NCBI GenBank assembly: GCA_965205945.1
Contig: CBDBIB010000001.1
Location: 288,001-352,000 of the forward strand
DNA: 64,000 bases
Source of the DNA: Bdellovibrionales bacterium
GTDB taxonomy: Bacteria > Bdellovibrionota > Bdellovibrionia > Bdellovibrionales > UBA1609
Direction of reading: 5' to 3'
Positions within the stretch are counted from its first letter, which is position 1. Each line of letters begins with the position of its first letter. This document shows positions 47,631-58,529 of this stretch, in pieces. The position numbers and the translations under genes are program-made. The notes under the pieces are model-generated. The model searched no databases and was not told where the DNA came from. It worked only from the letters and a program-made list of their open reading frames with translations.

Positions 47631-48518
47631 TTAAGTGTTAAATACTTCTTTAATTTTTTTAATAAGACGATCCTCAGATTGCCTTATTGCTTCTCGAGTA
47701 ACCCCTAAAGATTCACCAATTTCATTTAATGTCTTTGGAGTATCGCTTAATATCCGCTCCTTAAGAAGAAGCTCCTCTCGTTTTGTTAAAGATCCTTTTA
47801 ATTTAGATAGTGCGTTATGAAGAAGTTTTAAGTTTTCTTTTAAATCAATACGATCCACAACAACTTCACTATAAGGATCTTTTTGTAAATTAAGCAAAGT
47901 GCTTGAATTTTGATTTCCTAAGTTTTGATCAAGACTAATATCAAGGGAGCCAAGGCGGTCCTCCATGGTGACTACATCTTTTTCGGTTACTCCAAGGCGA
48001 GAGCTTAAGAGTTTAACACTGGGCTCTAAACCTTCTTGCAACATTTTTTGTTTTTCTTTATCCAGTTTATAAAAAAGTCTTTTTTGAGCGTTAGTAGTGC
48101 CAATTTTAACCATTGAATGTTGCTTCATAAGATACTCTTGGATATGACCTCTAATCCACCAAACAGCATAAGTTATAAGCTTTACATCTTTATGAGGGTT
48201 AAACTCTCGAACAGCGTGCATAAGGCCTATATTTCCTTCTTGAATAAGATCTATAAGTTTAGCTCCAAATTTTGAATATTCATTGGCTATTTTAACAACA
48301 AAGCGCAAATTTGAGGTAACAAGTTTTTGCGCCGTTTTTTTATCCTTTGTTTCATAATACTTTACAGCAAGTTTTTTTTCTTCTTCTTTAGTAAGGAGAG
48401 GGTAGTTTTTAATCTCTTCAAGGTATGCTTGTAACGGGTCATATTTTAATAAAGCTGCAGAGGCAATAGCTAAAGGCTTTACTGGAACTTGATTGAGAGA
48501 AGTTTTTTTCTTTGTCAT
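47631..48518 (-). CDS. rpoH: RNA polymerase sigma32-family factor
   Basis: SNLRFVVKIA, DLIQEGNIGLM, and RpoH box VKIGTTNAQKRLFYKL. Confidence 0.92.
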   Translation of the reverse strand: MTKKKTSLNQVPVKPLAIASAALLKYDPLQAYLEEIKNYPLLTKEEEKKLAVKYYETKDKKTAQKLVTSNLRFVVKIANEYSKFGAKLIDLIQEGNIGLMHAVREFNPHKDVKLITYAVWWIRGHIQEYLMKQHSMVKIGTTNAQKRLFYKLDKEKQKMLQEGLEPSVKLLSSRLGVTEKDVVTMEDRLGSLDISLDQNLGNQNSSTLLNLQKDPYSEVVVDRIDLKENLKLLHNALSKLKGSLTKREELLLKERILSDTPKTLNEIGESLGVTREAIRQSEDRLIKKIKEVFNT

Positions 48519-48523
48519 GCTTA

Positions 48524-48835
48524 TTAGCTGATCAACTCTAACTTTTCTTCAATTTTTCTCTGAATAAGCCTTTTAAAAGGTGTTAACATAAAAGCAAGTT
48601 TTAACTCAATATCAATAGTACAACCCTTTTTAACAGGAGTTATTAAAAAATGCCCTTGAATTCTTGAACCTGAAAGCTTCACAAAGATTTTATCTAGATC
48701 AATATTTTGATCATAAATTTTAAAATTAGGCTCAAAGGCTTTAAGTTCTTTATCATGGGTTAAGGTGTCTTGCACAGCAACAAAAAGTGCTTCAGCTTGG
48801 ACAGAAAAAGTTTTTTTTATTTTAACTTTAGGCAT
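48524..48835 (-). CDS. Hypothetical protein (possible SRPBCC/PHA-system-like fold)
   Basis: 103 aa ORF ending LTPFKRLIQRKIEEKL. Confidence 0.55.
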   Translation of the reverse strand: MPKVKIKKTFSVQAEALFVAVQDTLTHDKELKAFEPNFKIYDQNIDLDKIFVKLSGSRIQGHFLITPVKKGCTIDIELKLAFMLTPFKRLIQRKIEEKLELIS

Positions 48836-48870
48836 ACTATACTCTAGAAGTATTTTGTAAAGGAGCCAAC

Positions 48871-50661
48871 ATGACGGAAAAACAAGGCTGGAAACGGGAC
48901 CAATACTGCGGTCTAATTAATGCTGAATATATAGGCAAAGAAATATGGGTTACAGGCTGGTGTGATACTAGACGTGATCATGGAAGTCTTGTTTTTATTG
49001 ACCTTCGAGATCGTGAAGGTCTTGTTCAGGTTGTATTAGATTCATCTAAAATACCTCTGGCTAAAGATTTAAGATCAGAGTTTGTTTTGGCCATTAAGGG
49101 TAAAGTAAATTTAAGGCCAGAAGGGATGATTAATAAAACGATATCTACAGGAGAAATCGAAATTGAAGCCTTAGAATTAATAGTTTTATCTAAAGCTCAA
49201 ACACCACCCTTTGTAATTGGAAATTTAAGTAAAGTTGGAGATGCAATTTGTCAAAAATACAGATACTTAGAACTTAGAAATAACGAGAAGATGGCTCTTT
49301 TAAAACTTCGTCATGAAGTGATGCAAATTTCTAGAAACTATCTATCAGAACAGGGGTTTTATGAATTTGAAACACCAATTTTGTATAAAAGTACTCCTGA
49401 AGGGGCGAGAGATTTTTTGGTTTCATCTCGTCTAAATCTGGGGGAGTTTTATGCTCTCCCACAAAGTCCACAAACTTTAAAACAGCTTTTAATGATTGCT
49501 GGAGCTGATAAATATTTTCAAATTGCAAGATGCTTTAGAGATGAAGATTTAAGAGCAGATCGTCAGCCTGAATTCACACAAATTGATATTGAAATGTCTT
49601 TTATTGATGAAAAAGCTATAAGAAAATTAACACAAAACTTAGCTGCAAAGCTTTGGAAGAAGTTTAAAAACCAAGAGCTTAGCGATGTTCCAGTTTTTTC
49701 TTATCATGAGGCTATGAATAGATTTGGCTCTGATAAGCCTGATTTACGTATTAAAATGGAAATTCAAGATCTTACTGAAACTTTAAAAGACTGTGAATTT
49801 AAATTATTTAACTCAATAACCGATCATGGTGGAAAAATTAAGGCTCTAGCCTTAAAAAATGAACTTCCATCAAGGAGCCAGATAGATAAATGGACTAAGC
49901 TTATTCAATCACGTGGAGCAAAAGGTTTAACTTGGATTAAGAATAACGGTGAAAAAAACTATCAATCACCAATTTTAAAATTTTTAGGACAAGGTTTAAT
50001 TGAAAAAATGTTTTTAAAAGCCTTTAAGGATGATGATCACACAGGGGTTTTATTTTTAGTATCTGACACTTGGAAAACCTCTTGTGAAGCTCTAGGATTT
50101 TTACGATTAGAACTTGCTAAAACTTTTAATTTAATTGATGAGTCTGTAGATAAATTTTTATGGGTTAATGAGTTTCCGCTTTTTGAATATGATTCAAATG
50201 ATCAACGTTGGTACTCAATTCATCATCCATTTACAGAGCCTTTAGACGAGCATAAAAAGCTCCTCATTAAAGGTAGAGATGATTTAAATTTAATTCTAGG
50301 TGATATGAAATCAAAAGCTTATGATTTTGTTTGTAATGGTAGTGAAATAGCAGGCGGGAGTTTAAGAGTTTATCAGCCACAGCTTCAAAAAGAAATTTTT
50401 AAAGTTTTAGGCCTAACCAAAGAGGAGGTGAAATCTAAATTTGGATTCTTTATAGACGCTCTTAAGTACGGAACACCTCCTCATGGTGGTATTGCTTGGG
50501 GGTTTGACAGACTTGTTATGCATCTAGCTGGAGTAGATACTATTAGAGATGTTATTGCATTTCCAAAAACTGCAAAAGGAATATGTCCCATGTCTTCTGC
50601 GCCCTCAAAGGTGGCTATTGACCAGCTTATTGAACTAGGTTTAAAAATTATTAAATCATAG
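48871..50661 (+). CDS. aspS: Aspartate--tRNA ligase
   Basis: RRDHG, ALPQSPQ, CFRDEDLRADRQPEFTQ, GTPPHGG. Confidence 0.98.
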   Translation: MTEKQGWKRDQYCGLINAEYIGKEIWVTGWCDTRRDHGSLVFIDLRDREGLVQVVLDSSKIPLAKDLRSEFVLAIKGKVNLRPEGMINKTISTGEIEIEALELIVLSKAQTPPFVIGNLSKVGDAICQKYRYLELRNNEKMALLKLRHEVMQISRNYLSEQGFYEFETPILYKSTPEGARDFLVSSRLNLGEFYALPQSPQTLKQLLMIAGADKYFQIARCFRDEDLRADRQPEFTQIDIEMSFIDEKAIRKLTQNLAAKLWKKFKNQELSDVPVFSYHEAMNRFGSDKPDLRIKMEIQDLTETLKDCEFKLFNSITDHGGKIKALALKNELPSRSQIDKWTKLIQSRGAKGLTWIKNNGEKNYQSPILKFLGQGLIEKMFLKAFKDDDHTGVLFLVSDTWKTSCEALGFLRLELAKTFNLIDESVDKFLWVNEFPLFEYDSNDQRWYSIHHPFTEPLDEHKKLLIKGRDDLNLILGDMKSKAYDFVCNGSEIAGGSLRVYQPQLQKEIFKVLGLTKEEVKSKFGFFIDALKYGTPPHGGIAWGFDRLVMHLAGVDTIRDVIAFPKTAKGICPMSSAPSKVAIDQLIELGLKIIKS

Positions 50662-50832
50662 GTTTATATAAGTTTTTTAAAATGACTGATATAAAATAGC
50701 CTCTTATTTTTCTACTAAAGCTTTGTTAGCTTACTAATGAAAAAACATTTTAAGCAAAAGACTTTTAATAAAAATTTAAAACTCTAGCTACTCTCACCTA
50801 ATTTACTTCTACTTTCTTTAAAAAACTCTTAA

Positions 50833-51522
50833 TTAAAGCTCAAAAACACTAAAATCATCATTAAGCCAAGTCCCTAGGTTGACAGCTCTTGCTCGATTTC
50901 CCACTAAAACCGTATCTGCATTAAAATGATAATGACCACATATAAAAATATCATAAGGCCTTCTCTCATAAAGTGCCTTTGTCCACTTTGCCCAATTTTG
51001 TAAAAAATTAGCCCTTTCTTTTTTTGTAGGTGTTTTTTTTACGTCCGTTGTACTTAAAAAAGATCCTATCTTTAAAAGAAAATTCTCTGGAAGAATTTTA
51101 ATCAAAAACCTTGCAAAGGAAGTTCTCAAAAACCATCTCATCCTTAAATAAGCTGTATTTTCTTGATCTAAAAGATCCCCATGACTGACTAAAACCTTTT
51201 GGCCTTTTAATATAAATTCATATTCCCCTGGGTAAACAGTTACACCCATTTTAGCCCATAATCTTCCTAACTGAAAATCATGATTCCCTTCAAAGTAGTG
51301 AACTTTTTTCTTTTTTGCCACGGTAGCAATTTTTTCTAAAACAGATTTATGCATTTTTACAAATATGTCTCTATCACCAAGCCAAAGGTCAAAAATATCT
51401 CCAACTAAAAAAAGTTCTTTAATAGATTCATCTTCATTTACTTCATCTAGCAGGCGCAAAAAAGCCCCGTACCTTTTAGACTGGGACTTGTTTAAATGAG
51501 TATCAGAAACAAAGATGAACAA
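50833..51522 (-). CDS. lpxH: UDP-2,3-diacylglucosamine hydrolase-like metallophosphoesterase
   Basis: SDTHL, GDIFD, GNHD, SHGD, CGHYH, NLGTW. Confidence 0.82.
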   Translation of the reverse strand: MFIFVSDTHLNKSQSKRYGAFLRLLDEVNEDESIKELFLVGDIFDLWLGDRDIFVKMHKSVLEKIATVAKKKKVHYFEGNHDFQLGRLWAKMGVTVYPGEYEFILKGQKVLVSHGDLLDQENTAYLRMRWFLRTSFARFLIKILPENFLLKIGSFLSTTDVKKTPTKKERANFLQNWAKWTKALYERRPYDIFICGHYHFNADTVLVGNRARAVNLGTWLNDDFSVFEL

Positions 51523-51524
51523 TT

Positions 51525-53024
51525 CTAGATCTCAATGTCTGGAGTTTTTTTATCTCTTAAAAATGTTGGAATTTCTAAAGAACCATCATCTTCATTAATC
51601 TGAGGATTATGAATCAATACATCTTCAGACATTTGTTTTCCAATTTCTTTTGGATCTTTCATATTCATTTCCATTTGTTTTTCTTCAAGATCGCACTGAG
51701 CTCGAAGTCTTTTAGCCTCTTGCTCTAAGCGGTACACCCTAGCTTTTGCTAGTAAAGACTCTCTTGGATATACTTTTTCTTTAGATACTTCTTCTTGATT
51801 ACTGGGTAAAATATCCTCAGTTATTTCTTCCTGTTGAGCAGTTGCTGGCTCTATTTGGCTCACCTTTATTGTCTCTGAAGTTATTATTTCTTCAGGCTGT
51901 GACTGTTTTGTTGGAGCTGTCTTTACAGGTGAAGCCTTTACAACAGGCGTTTGTAGTGAAGAATTAGTATATAAAACATAGTCAGGTTGTTTTAGTACTG
52001 GCTCTTCTCCAGTCGGTTGTCCAGCTCCTATTTGAACAGTTTGTGCTTGAGGTAATATAATTTTTTTTTCTCCACCAAAACCTGTTGCAATAACTGTAAC
52101 ACGAGCTTCATCGCCCATAGATTCATCAATGACTGCTCCAAAAATAATTTCAGCATCCTCATCAGCAGCGTCTGTTATAAGAGTAGAGGCTTCATTCACC
52201 TCCCATAATGTTAAATCAGGACCGCCAGTTACATTAATTATAATTCCGGTAGCTCCATCTATTGAAATATTTTCTAACAGTGGGGAAGAAACTGCTGCTG
52301 AAGCCGCCTCTACTGCTCTATGCTCTCCTGAACCTACTCCTGAGCCCATAATTGCCATACCTTGAGCAGACATAACAGTTTTAATATCAGCAAAATCTAG
52401 GTTAATTAAACCTCTAATATTAATTAAATCAGAAATCCCCTTTACAGCTTGGTACAAAACTTCATCAGCCCTTTTAAAGGTATCTAATAATGATGTTCTT
52501 TCATTTGAAATACATAAAAGCTTCTGATTTGGGATCACAATTAGTGTATCAACACTATCTTTTAACTCTTCAAGACCTAAGTCAGCATGCTTTGTTCTTT
52601 TTTTTCCTTCAAAGACAAAAGGCTTAGTCACTACACCAATGGTTAAAGCTCCAAGCTCTTTAGCAATTTTAGCGACAATGGGAGCTCCACCAGTACCTGT
52701 TCCACCACCCATTCCAGCAGTTACAAAAACCATATCAGCACCCTTAAGATAATCAACAATTGTATTATAAGATTCTACTGCAGATTTTTTTCCAATTTCA
52801 GGATTAGCTCCAGCCCCTAAACCCTTTGTGAGTTCAGATCCAAGTCTAATTTTACCCTCGGCTTTATTAGCGTTGAGTGCTTGTAAATCCGTATTTGCCA
52901 CTATGAATTCAACACCAGATAAACCATTTTCAATCATTGTTTGTACAGCATTAGACCCACCACCACCAACACCAATAACCTTAATACTTGCACCTATTAG
53001 CTTTTCATCTTGAAGTTTAATCAT
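51525..53024 (-). CDS. ftsZ: Cell division protein FtsZ (long linker)
   Basis: GGGTGTG tubulin motif and C-terminal LEIPTFLR peptide. Confidence 0.98.
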   Translation of the reverse strand: MIKLQDEKLIGASIKVIGVGGGGSNAVQTMIENGLSGVEFIVANTDLQALNANKAEGKIRLGSELTKGLGAGANPEIGKKSAVESYNTIVDYLKGADMVFVTAGMGGGTGTGGAPIVAKIAKELGALTIGVVTKPFVFEGKKRTKHADLGLEELKDSVDTLIVIPNQKLLCISNERTSLLDTFKRADEVLYQAVKGISDLINIRGLINLDFADIKTVMSAQGMAIMGSGVGSGEHRAVEAASAAVSSPLLENISIDGATGIIINVTGGPDLTLWEVNEASTLITDAADEDAEIIFGAVIDESMGDEARVTVIATGFGGEKKIILPQAQTVQIGAGQPTGEEPVLKQPDYVLYTNSSLQTPVVKASPVKTAPTKQSQPEEIITSETIKVSQIEPATAQQEEITEDILPSNQEEVSKEKVYPRESLLAKARVYRLEQEAKRLRAQCDLEEKQMEMNMKDPKEIGKQMSEDVLIHNPQINEDDGSLEIPTFLRDKKTPDIEI

Positions 53025-53080
53025 GTATTTTCCCCTTATTCTTCATCTAAAACTTTTAAACCTAACTATATATATTTATA

Positions 53081-54340
53081 TTATAAACCTATAAAATCTT
53101 TAAACTGCTTTCCAAAATTTTTAAAAGATTCCTCAACACTTAAGGCCTGCTTTCCTGTAGAAAAGACTCCTTGCACCTTTTTTCCTCTAATATTTAATTT
53201 AGAATAAGCATGCTTTAAAAGACCTACAGCGCAAGAATAATCTGCACCATCAATAGTCTCATTTGTATTAGTTGGGAGATAAGGCTCTGCAACTCGTAAT
53301 AAAACATTTAAATCAGATCCTGCTTGAACTAAGCCCCTTAATTTGCTTCCGCCACCTGTAAGAACAATGCCTGCGGGAAGTTCATTGCCAAAACCACAGG
53401 CCTTAATATCTTTAATAATCAACTCTAAAGTTTCCTTGGCTCTTGGACCAATAATTTGAGCTAAAGTTTTTTTAGAAAAAGAACAGCTCCCACGATTTCC
53501 AATTTCTTCCACTTTAATAAACTCATCCTCTAAAGACTCAAAAAAACACTGACCATATTCAATTTTAATTCTTTCTGCATTGGCAGGAGCTGTTTTTAAA
53601 CATATTGCTAAATCATTTGTAAAGTTGATCCCACCTACAGCAATAGCACCTGTTGCAAGAACAATGCTTTGCTTATAAACAATCCATTCTGACGTTCCAC
53701 CACCAATTTCAACTAAACAAACACCTAATTCCTTTTCCTCATCACTTAAAACAGCTTTTGAAGATGCATATTGCTGAAGAACGAACTCTTTAATCCTTAA
53801 ACCTGAGGCCTCAACACACTTTATAATATTAGGAAATAATGTATGACTACCCGCTATTAAATGAACATTCGCTTCAAGCCTAACACCTTTCATTCCAAGG
53901 GGATTTGTAATCTCAGCTTGTCCATCTAAAATATATTCTTTTGGAATAGTATGAATAATCTCTCTATCACCAGGAAGCATGACCGCACGAGCTGTTTTAA
54001 GTGCATTTTCAATGTCTTTTTGACTAACCTCACTAGTTTCAACAGCAGCAAGGCCCCTTGAATCAAAAGACTTAATATTCAAACCGCCAATGCTTACGTA
54101 AATGTCTCTAAGATCATGACCAGAACTAAGCTCAGCCTCTCTTCTTACTTTTTTAATAGCTTCTATTACTTGATCAATATTAATAATTGCGCCCTGCTTA
54201 ACACCGTTGTGCTTTACAACACCTTTTCCAATAACCTTTATTCCATCAGCGCTCGCCTCAGCAACAAGAAGAGAAACTTTTACTGAGCCAATATCTAATG
54301 CACATATAATTGACTTGCTATTTATTTTTATTGTTTCCAA
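53081..54340 (-). CDS. ftsA: Cell division protein FtsA
   Basis: LDIGSVK, GMKGVRLE, EIGGGT, LTGGGS. Confidence 0.95.
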   Translation of the reverse strand: METIKINSKSIICALDIGSVKVSLLVAEASADGIKVIGKGVVKHNGVKQGAIINIDQVIEAIKKVRREAELSSGHDLRDIYVSIGGLNIKSFDSRGLAAVETSEVSQKDIENALKTARAVMLPGDREIIHTIPKEYILDGQAEITNPLGMKGVRLEANVHLIAGSHTLFPNIIKCVEASGLRIKEFVLQQYASSKAVLSDEEKELGVCLVEIGGGTSEWIVYKQSIVLATGAIAVGGINFTNDLAICLKTAPANAERIKIEYGQCFFESLEDEFIKVEEIGNRGSCSFSKKTLAQIIGPRAKETLELIIKDIKACGFGNELPAGIVLTGGGSKLRGLVQAGSDLNVLLRVAEPYLPTNTNETIDGADYSCAVGLLKHAYSKLNIRGKKVQGVFSTGKQALSVEESFKNFGKQFKDFIGL

Positions 54341-54553
54341 GGCCCCTCCCCTTATTTATAAAATACGTAAGGATATCTCTTAAAATAAAAGCCAGCTTAA
54401 CTTAGTAAGTCTAACTTTATATTTAATATAGAGTCTAGATCAATATCCAGGGTACTAAAATTAGCTACATCGCTACTCTTTAGCTCTGGTTATAAATCAA
54501 AAAGCTTACCCCTTTAGATTAGGAACTGCATGGCAAAGTGACAACTCTTTTTT

Positions 54554-55264
54554 TTAAGAATCTTTTTTTAACTTAGAGCTTTTGTTCAAAGAAACCACGA
54601 CTCGGTCCTTGAATCTTGCATCTAAAATTTCAGCTTCAAGACCATGAAATCGTAAGTATTTAATCACTTTTGATAATCTGTCTAGCTGTACTAGCACACC
54701 GCTTTCTCCAATAAAAATCCGTCCTTTTATGCCTGAAAAAATAAAAACCAGATCCTCATCAATAAGTATTTCTGAAAGAGTAGCTTGAGATAAAAACCCT
54801 TTTTTCTCAAATTTTAAAAAAACTCTTACAGCTTTTAATCTATTTTTTTTTGCTTCGAATTTAGCTCCACTAATAATCGGTAGATCCGGAATTTTATATT
54901 GAGGAACTTCTGAAAAGATCTCTCCATTTTTATCTACAAGCTTATAAATACCGCGAGTAAAAAAAGCTAGCACAGGTTGCTGAAGATATACTGTTATTTG
55001 ATCAGGTCCAATTAAAGATTTTGTCCGAACAGCTTTATCTATAAAAGGAGCTGTTAAAAAGTCTTCGTTCTCTTCAAAAGCCTTTTTAAAAAGGCTTTCA
55101 GTCATTTTCAACAAGTCTTCCTTTGCGTATAAACTATAAGCTTCATTTTTTGCAATAAAAATTCTAGGCTTAGCCTTTATAACGTGATTACTTATTTTAA
55201 AAAAATAAAGAGCTCCCATAAAAAAAGCAAAAACAATTATAGCAAAAAACTTTCTCTGATTCAT
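54554..55264 (-). CDS. ftsQ: Divergent FtsQ/DivIB
   Basis: TM helix, LVDKNG, DLPIISG, LDARFKDRVVV; located between ddl and ftsA. Confidence 0.8.
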   Translation of the reverse strand: MNQRKFFAIIVFAFFMGALYFFKISNHVIKAKPRIFIAKNEAYSLYAKEDLLKMTESLFKKAFEENEDFLTAPFIDKAVRTKSLIGPDQITVYLQQPVLAFFTRGIYKLVDKNGEIFSEVPQYKIPDLPIISGAKFEAKKNRLKAVRVFLKFEKKGFLSQATLSEILIDEDLVFIFSGIKGRIFIGESGVLVQLDRLSKVIKYLRFHGLEAEILDARFKDRVVVSLNKSSKLKKDS

Positions 55265-55295
55265 ATTTATACTATACAAACTTCTAAGAATATAT

Positions 55296-56210
55296 TCAAC
55301 TTTCTAACGCTGCTGTTTTAATTAATGTTTTAACAAGGTGAGTAAAAGCGATGCCTTTTTCTGCCAAAGCTTTTGGAAAAAGTGATGTTTGTGTACAACC
55401 GGGTAACGTATTTACTTCAATGAAAAAACATTCGCTTTCATTATTTGTTATTAAAAAATCGACTCTCCCATAAATTCTTAAGTTAAATTCTTTATAGATT
55501 TGAAGAGCATATTTTTGACAAGTTTTTTTAAGCTCTTCACTAACAGGGGCTGGGATAAGATAGTCTGTTGCACCTTTTAAATACTTATTTTCCATGTTAT
55601 AAAAACCAGTCTTTGGTCTTATCTCTATAAGCTCAAAAGCCTTGTTTTGAAAAACTGCAACTGTAATTTCTCGACCTATAAGCCTTTTTTCAATAAGAGC
55701 TGTATCACTCCACTTAAAAGATTTCTTTAAAGCACCTTTAAGCTGAGAAAGTTTATCACATAAAGAAATCCCGCGGCTAGAGCCTGATTCACATGGTTTC
55801 ACAACAAATCCACTACTCCATAAAGATATCTTTAAGCGTTTTTTCTCACCTAAAATATCTCCTTTTTTACATACAAACCGTGGTAAGACAGGGACCCCTA
55901 AATAAGCTGCTTTTTTCAGTGAGTCCTCTTTATTAAAACAAAGCTTTGAAGCCTGAACACCACTTCCTGTATAAGGAATTCTCATGCGCTCTAATAACCC
56001 TTGAATCACACCATCTTCTGAGTAGGTCCCGTGAAGAGCAAGTAAGCAAATATCAGGTTTTAATGTTTCTAAATTATGACAAAACCCTTCATTATACTCA
56101 ATAACCTTATATTTGTATCCTAATTTGTCTAAAGCCTTTTGAAAAGCTTGAGATGTCATTCTACTCACTTTAGCCTCAGACTCATGGCCGCCTTGGATTA
56201 CCGCTATCAT
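55296..56210 (-). CDS. ddl: D-alanine--D-alanine ligase
   Basis: ALHG..EDG, PYTGS, VKP..GSS, EVNTLPG; ATG 56210 overlaps the murB stop. Confidence 0.93.
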   Translation of the reverse strand: MIAVIQGGHESEAKVSRMTSQAFQKALDKLGYKYKVIEYNEGFCHNLETLKPDICLLALHGTYSEDGVIQGLLERMRIPYTGSGVQASKLCFNKEDSLKKAAYLGVPVLPRFVCKKGDILGEKKRLKISLWSSGFVVKPCESGSSRGISLCDKLSQLKGALKKSFKWSDTALIEKRLIGREITVAVFQNKAFELIEIRPKTGFYNMENKYLKGATDYLIPAPVSEELKKTCQKYALQIYKEFNLRIYGRVDFLITNNESECFFIEVNTLPGCTQTSLFPKALAEKGIAFTHLVKTLIKTAALES

Positions 56211-57142
56211 ACCAAACCCTCCCAATCGCCTATATAACAAACTTCTGTCTCTAATTTAATACTAAATTCATGCTCTACTTTTTCTTGAGCTATAGAAATA
56301 GCACAGTGTATATCTAAAGCTGAAGCACTTCCTTTATTTACAATAAAATTAGCATGCTTTCTAGAAATCTGAGCTCCACCATATTGATAGCCCTTTAAAC
56401 CAGCTTTTTCTATTAAATAGCCCGCCCCTCGCTGTTCTATATTATTAATATTGTTAAAAGGATTTTTAAATACAGACCCGCAACTAAGCTCTCCTAAAGG
56501 CTGCTTTAAAGAACGCAGTTCTTGAGCTTTTTTAACCATTTCTTTTATTTCTGGCTCTCTATTTTCAAACGGCCAAGATAAGGTCACCTCAGTAATCACC
56601 CCCGGCCCCCAGCCTAGACTTTTCCTATAGCCCCACTCAATATCTGAATTTTTAAACTCTTGCTCTTTAAATCCAAGCCTCTTTTTTTTTAAAACCTTAA
56701 AACTTTCAACAATTTCAACAAACTCCTTAGGTTTTACGTTCTCTCCAACTCCTGCATTCATCACTACACCTCCAGCAACATCTCCTGGAAGACCTGATAA
56801 AAACAAAGCTGGAGCCAGCTTAGCTTTTAAAAACTTTCTCATCGCTCTTATTTTTAACACGCCGGCCTCACATCTAATTCTAAAATTTTTCTCATCAGAA
56901 CAATCTTGAATTGTTGATAACTTTTTAAGACAGACAACTAAACCTTTAACACCTTTGTCGCTAACTAAAATATTTGATCCACCACCAATATAAGTAACCG
57001 GTTGTTTTTTAATAAATGCCCATTCTAAAGCTTTAACAAGATCTTTTTTTGATTCTGGCAAACAAAAATATTCAGCAAGACCCCCTACTTTCCATGAAGT
57101 GTAATTAGCCATAGTTACTTTTTCTTGAATTTTAAAATCCAT
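56207..57142 (-). CDS. murB: UDP-N-acetylenolpyruvoylglucosamine reductase
   Basis: GGGSNILV, MNAG, SCGSVFKNP, KHANFIVN. Confidence 0.96.
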   Translation of the reverse strand: MDFKIQEKVTMANYTSWKVGGLAEYFCLPESKKDLVKALEWAFIKKQPVTYIGGGSNILVSDKGVKGLVVCLKKLSTIQDCSDEKNFRIRCEAGVLKIRAMRKFLKAKLAPALFLSGLPGDVAGGVVMNAGVGENVKPKEFVEIVESFKVLKKKRLGFKEQEFKNSDIEWGYRKSLGWGPGVITEVTLSWPFENREPEIKEMVKKAQELRSLKQPLGELSCGSVFKNPFNNINNIEQRGAGYLIEKAGLKGYQYGGAQISRKHANFIVNKGSASALDIHCAISIAQEKVEHEFSIKLETEVCYIGDWEGLV

Positions 57143-57143
57143 T

Positions 57144-58529
57144 TTATTCTTCTAGCCTTACCGCTTTAAAGTCTTTAACTATTAAATCTGTAACTTTATA
57201 AACATCTCCAGCGCCGAGACTTATAATAACATCTCCTTGTCTTGAAGTTTTAATAATTTGTGTTGAAAGCTCTTTAAATCCAACCGTTACAAAATTAATT
57301 TTTCTATTTGTAATTTGATCTTTTAAATCTTTTAACTCAAAACCACGAATAGGACTTTCACCTGCAGAATAAACATTTAATAAGTAAACTTCATCAGCCA
57401 TATCAAAAGCATTCTTAAATTGATCCCAACATGTTTGAAGCCTTGAATATCTATGTGGTTGAAAAATACACCTAATACGACTTGCAAGAAATTTTTCCTT
57501 GCAAGTTGATAGTGTTGCAACAATTTCTGTTGGATGATGAGCATAGTCATCAATAACCACAACATCTTCCTCCTTAAAATTTGCTTTAAATTCAAAACGC
57601 CTTTTTACTCCTGAAAAAACCTCCATTCCAATTTTAATGTCTTTAAATAAAATTCCTGCCCTTAAACCTATTACTATTGCAGCTAAAGAGTTTAGTGCAT
57701 TATGATTTCCAGGAAGTGGCGGATTAAATACACCTAAAACCTCATCCCCTCTAAAGACTTGGTAGCCCTGTCTTCCTAAACTTTTAATTGAAAAATCATT
57801 TTTTTTACCAAAACCATAAGAAATTTCTTTTTTCTTAAAACCTTTAAATAAACTTACGCAGTCCTCATCATCACCACAGTAAACAACTGACCCATAAAAA
57901 GGAATACGATCGGCAAACTTTAAAAAAGCATCTTTTAAATTTTTAAAAGATCCATAGTGCTCAATATGATCATTATCTATATTAGTAATCACAGAAAGTT
58001 CAGGAGAAAGCTTTTCAAAAGAACCATCACTTTCATCAGCTTCTACAATAAACCACTCCCCTGTTCCTGATTTGGCAGTTGAACCAAATCTTGAAACAAT
58101 ACCACCTAAAACAACCGTTGGACTTTTGGATGCAGATTCAAAAATTTGGGCAACCATACTTGTAGTAGTTGTTTTTCCATGTGTTCCTGCTATGGCCACA
58201 CCTCTTTTAGAACGCATCAACTCAGATAAAGCTTCTGCTCGTGAAATAGTTGGAATATTTTTAATTCTTGCATAAAGTATCTCAAGATTATCAGCGCGTA
58301 TTGCACTAGAATAAACAATTACATCAGCATCTTTAACATTAGCTGAATCATGTCCCATATAAATACGTACACCCTGATCTTTTAAGTATTGAGTTCTTTC
58401 TGAGGACTGAATGTCACTTCCTGAAACCCTTGCTCCTCGGTTAATCAAAATCTCTGCAATCCCAGACATCCCTATGCCACCAATACCAATTAAATGAACT
58501 TTTGATTGTGTAATTCTATTTTCAGGCAT
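57144..58529 (-). CDS. murC: UDP-N-acetylmuramate--L-alanine ligase
   Basis: GIGGIGMSG, GTHGKTTT, EADESDGSF, DDYAHHP. Confidence 0.98.
   Translation of the reverse strand: MPENRITQSKVHLIGIGGIGMSGIAEILINRGARVSGSDIQSSERTQYLKDQGVRIYMGHDSANVKDADVIVYSSAIRADNLEILYARIKNIPTISRAEALSELMRSKRGVAIAGTHGKTTTTSMVAQIFESASKSPTVVLGGIVSRFGSTAKSGTGEWFIVEADESDGSFEKLSPELSVITNIDNDHIEHYGSFKNLKDAFLKFADRIPFYGSVVYCGDDEDCVSLFKGFKKKEISYGFGKKNDFSIKSLGRQGYQVFRGDEVLGVFNPPLPGNHNALNSLAAIVIGLRAGILFKDIKIGMEVFSGVKRRFEFKANFKEEDVVVIDDYAHHPTEIVATLSTCKEKFLASRIRCIFQPHRYSRLQTCWDQFKNAFDMADEVYLLNVYSAGESPIRGFELKDLKDQITNRKINFVTVGFKELSTQIIKTSRQGDVIISLGAGDVYKVTDLIVKDFKAVRLEE

Noticed and set aside
51525..52080. Long FtsZ C-terminal linker as a novelty
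   Set aside because: Long disordered linkers are known in several lineages, and the terminal peptide is normal.
54341..54553. ncRNA in the ftsQ-ftsA gap
   Set aside because: No recognisable family motif or strong structure by eye.
55296..56210. Ddl as a D-Ala-D-Lac (Van-type) ligase
   Set aside because: The omega-loop KY is retained and the gene sits in the dcw cluster.
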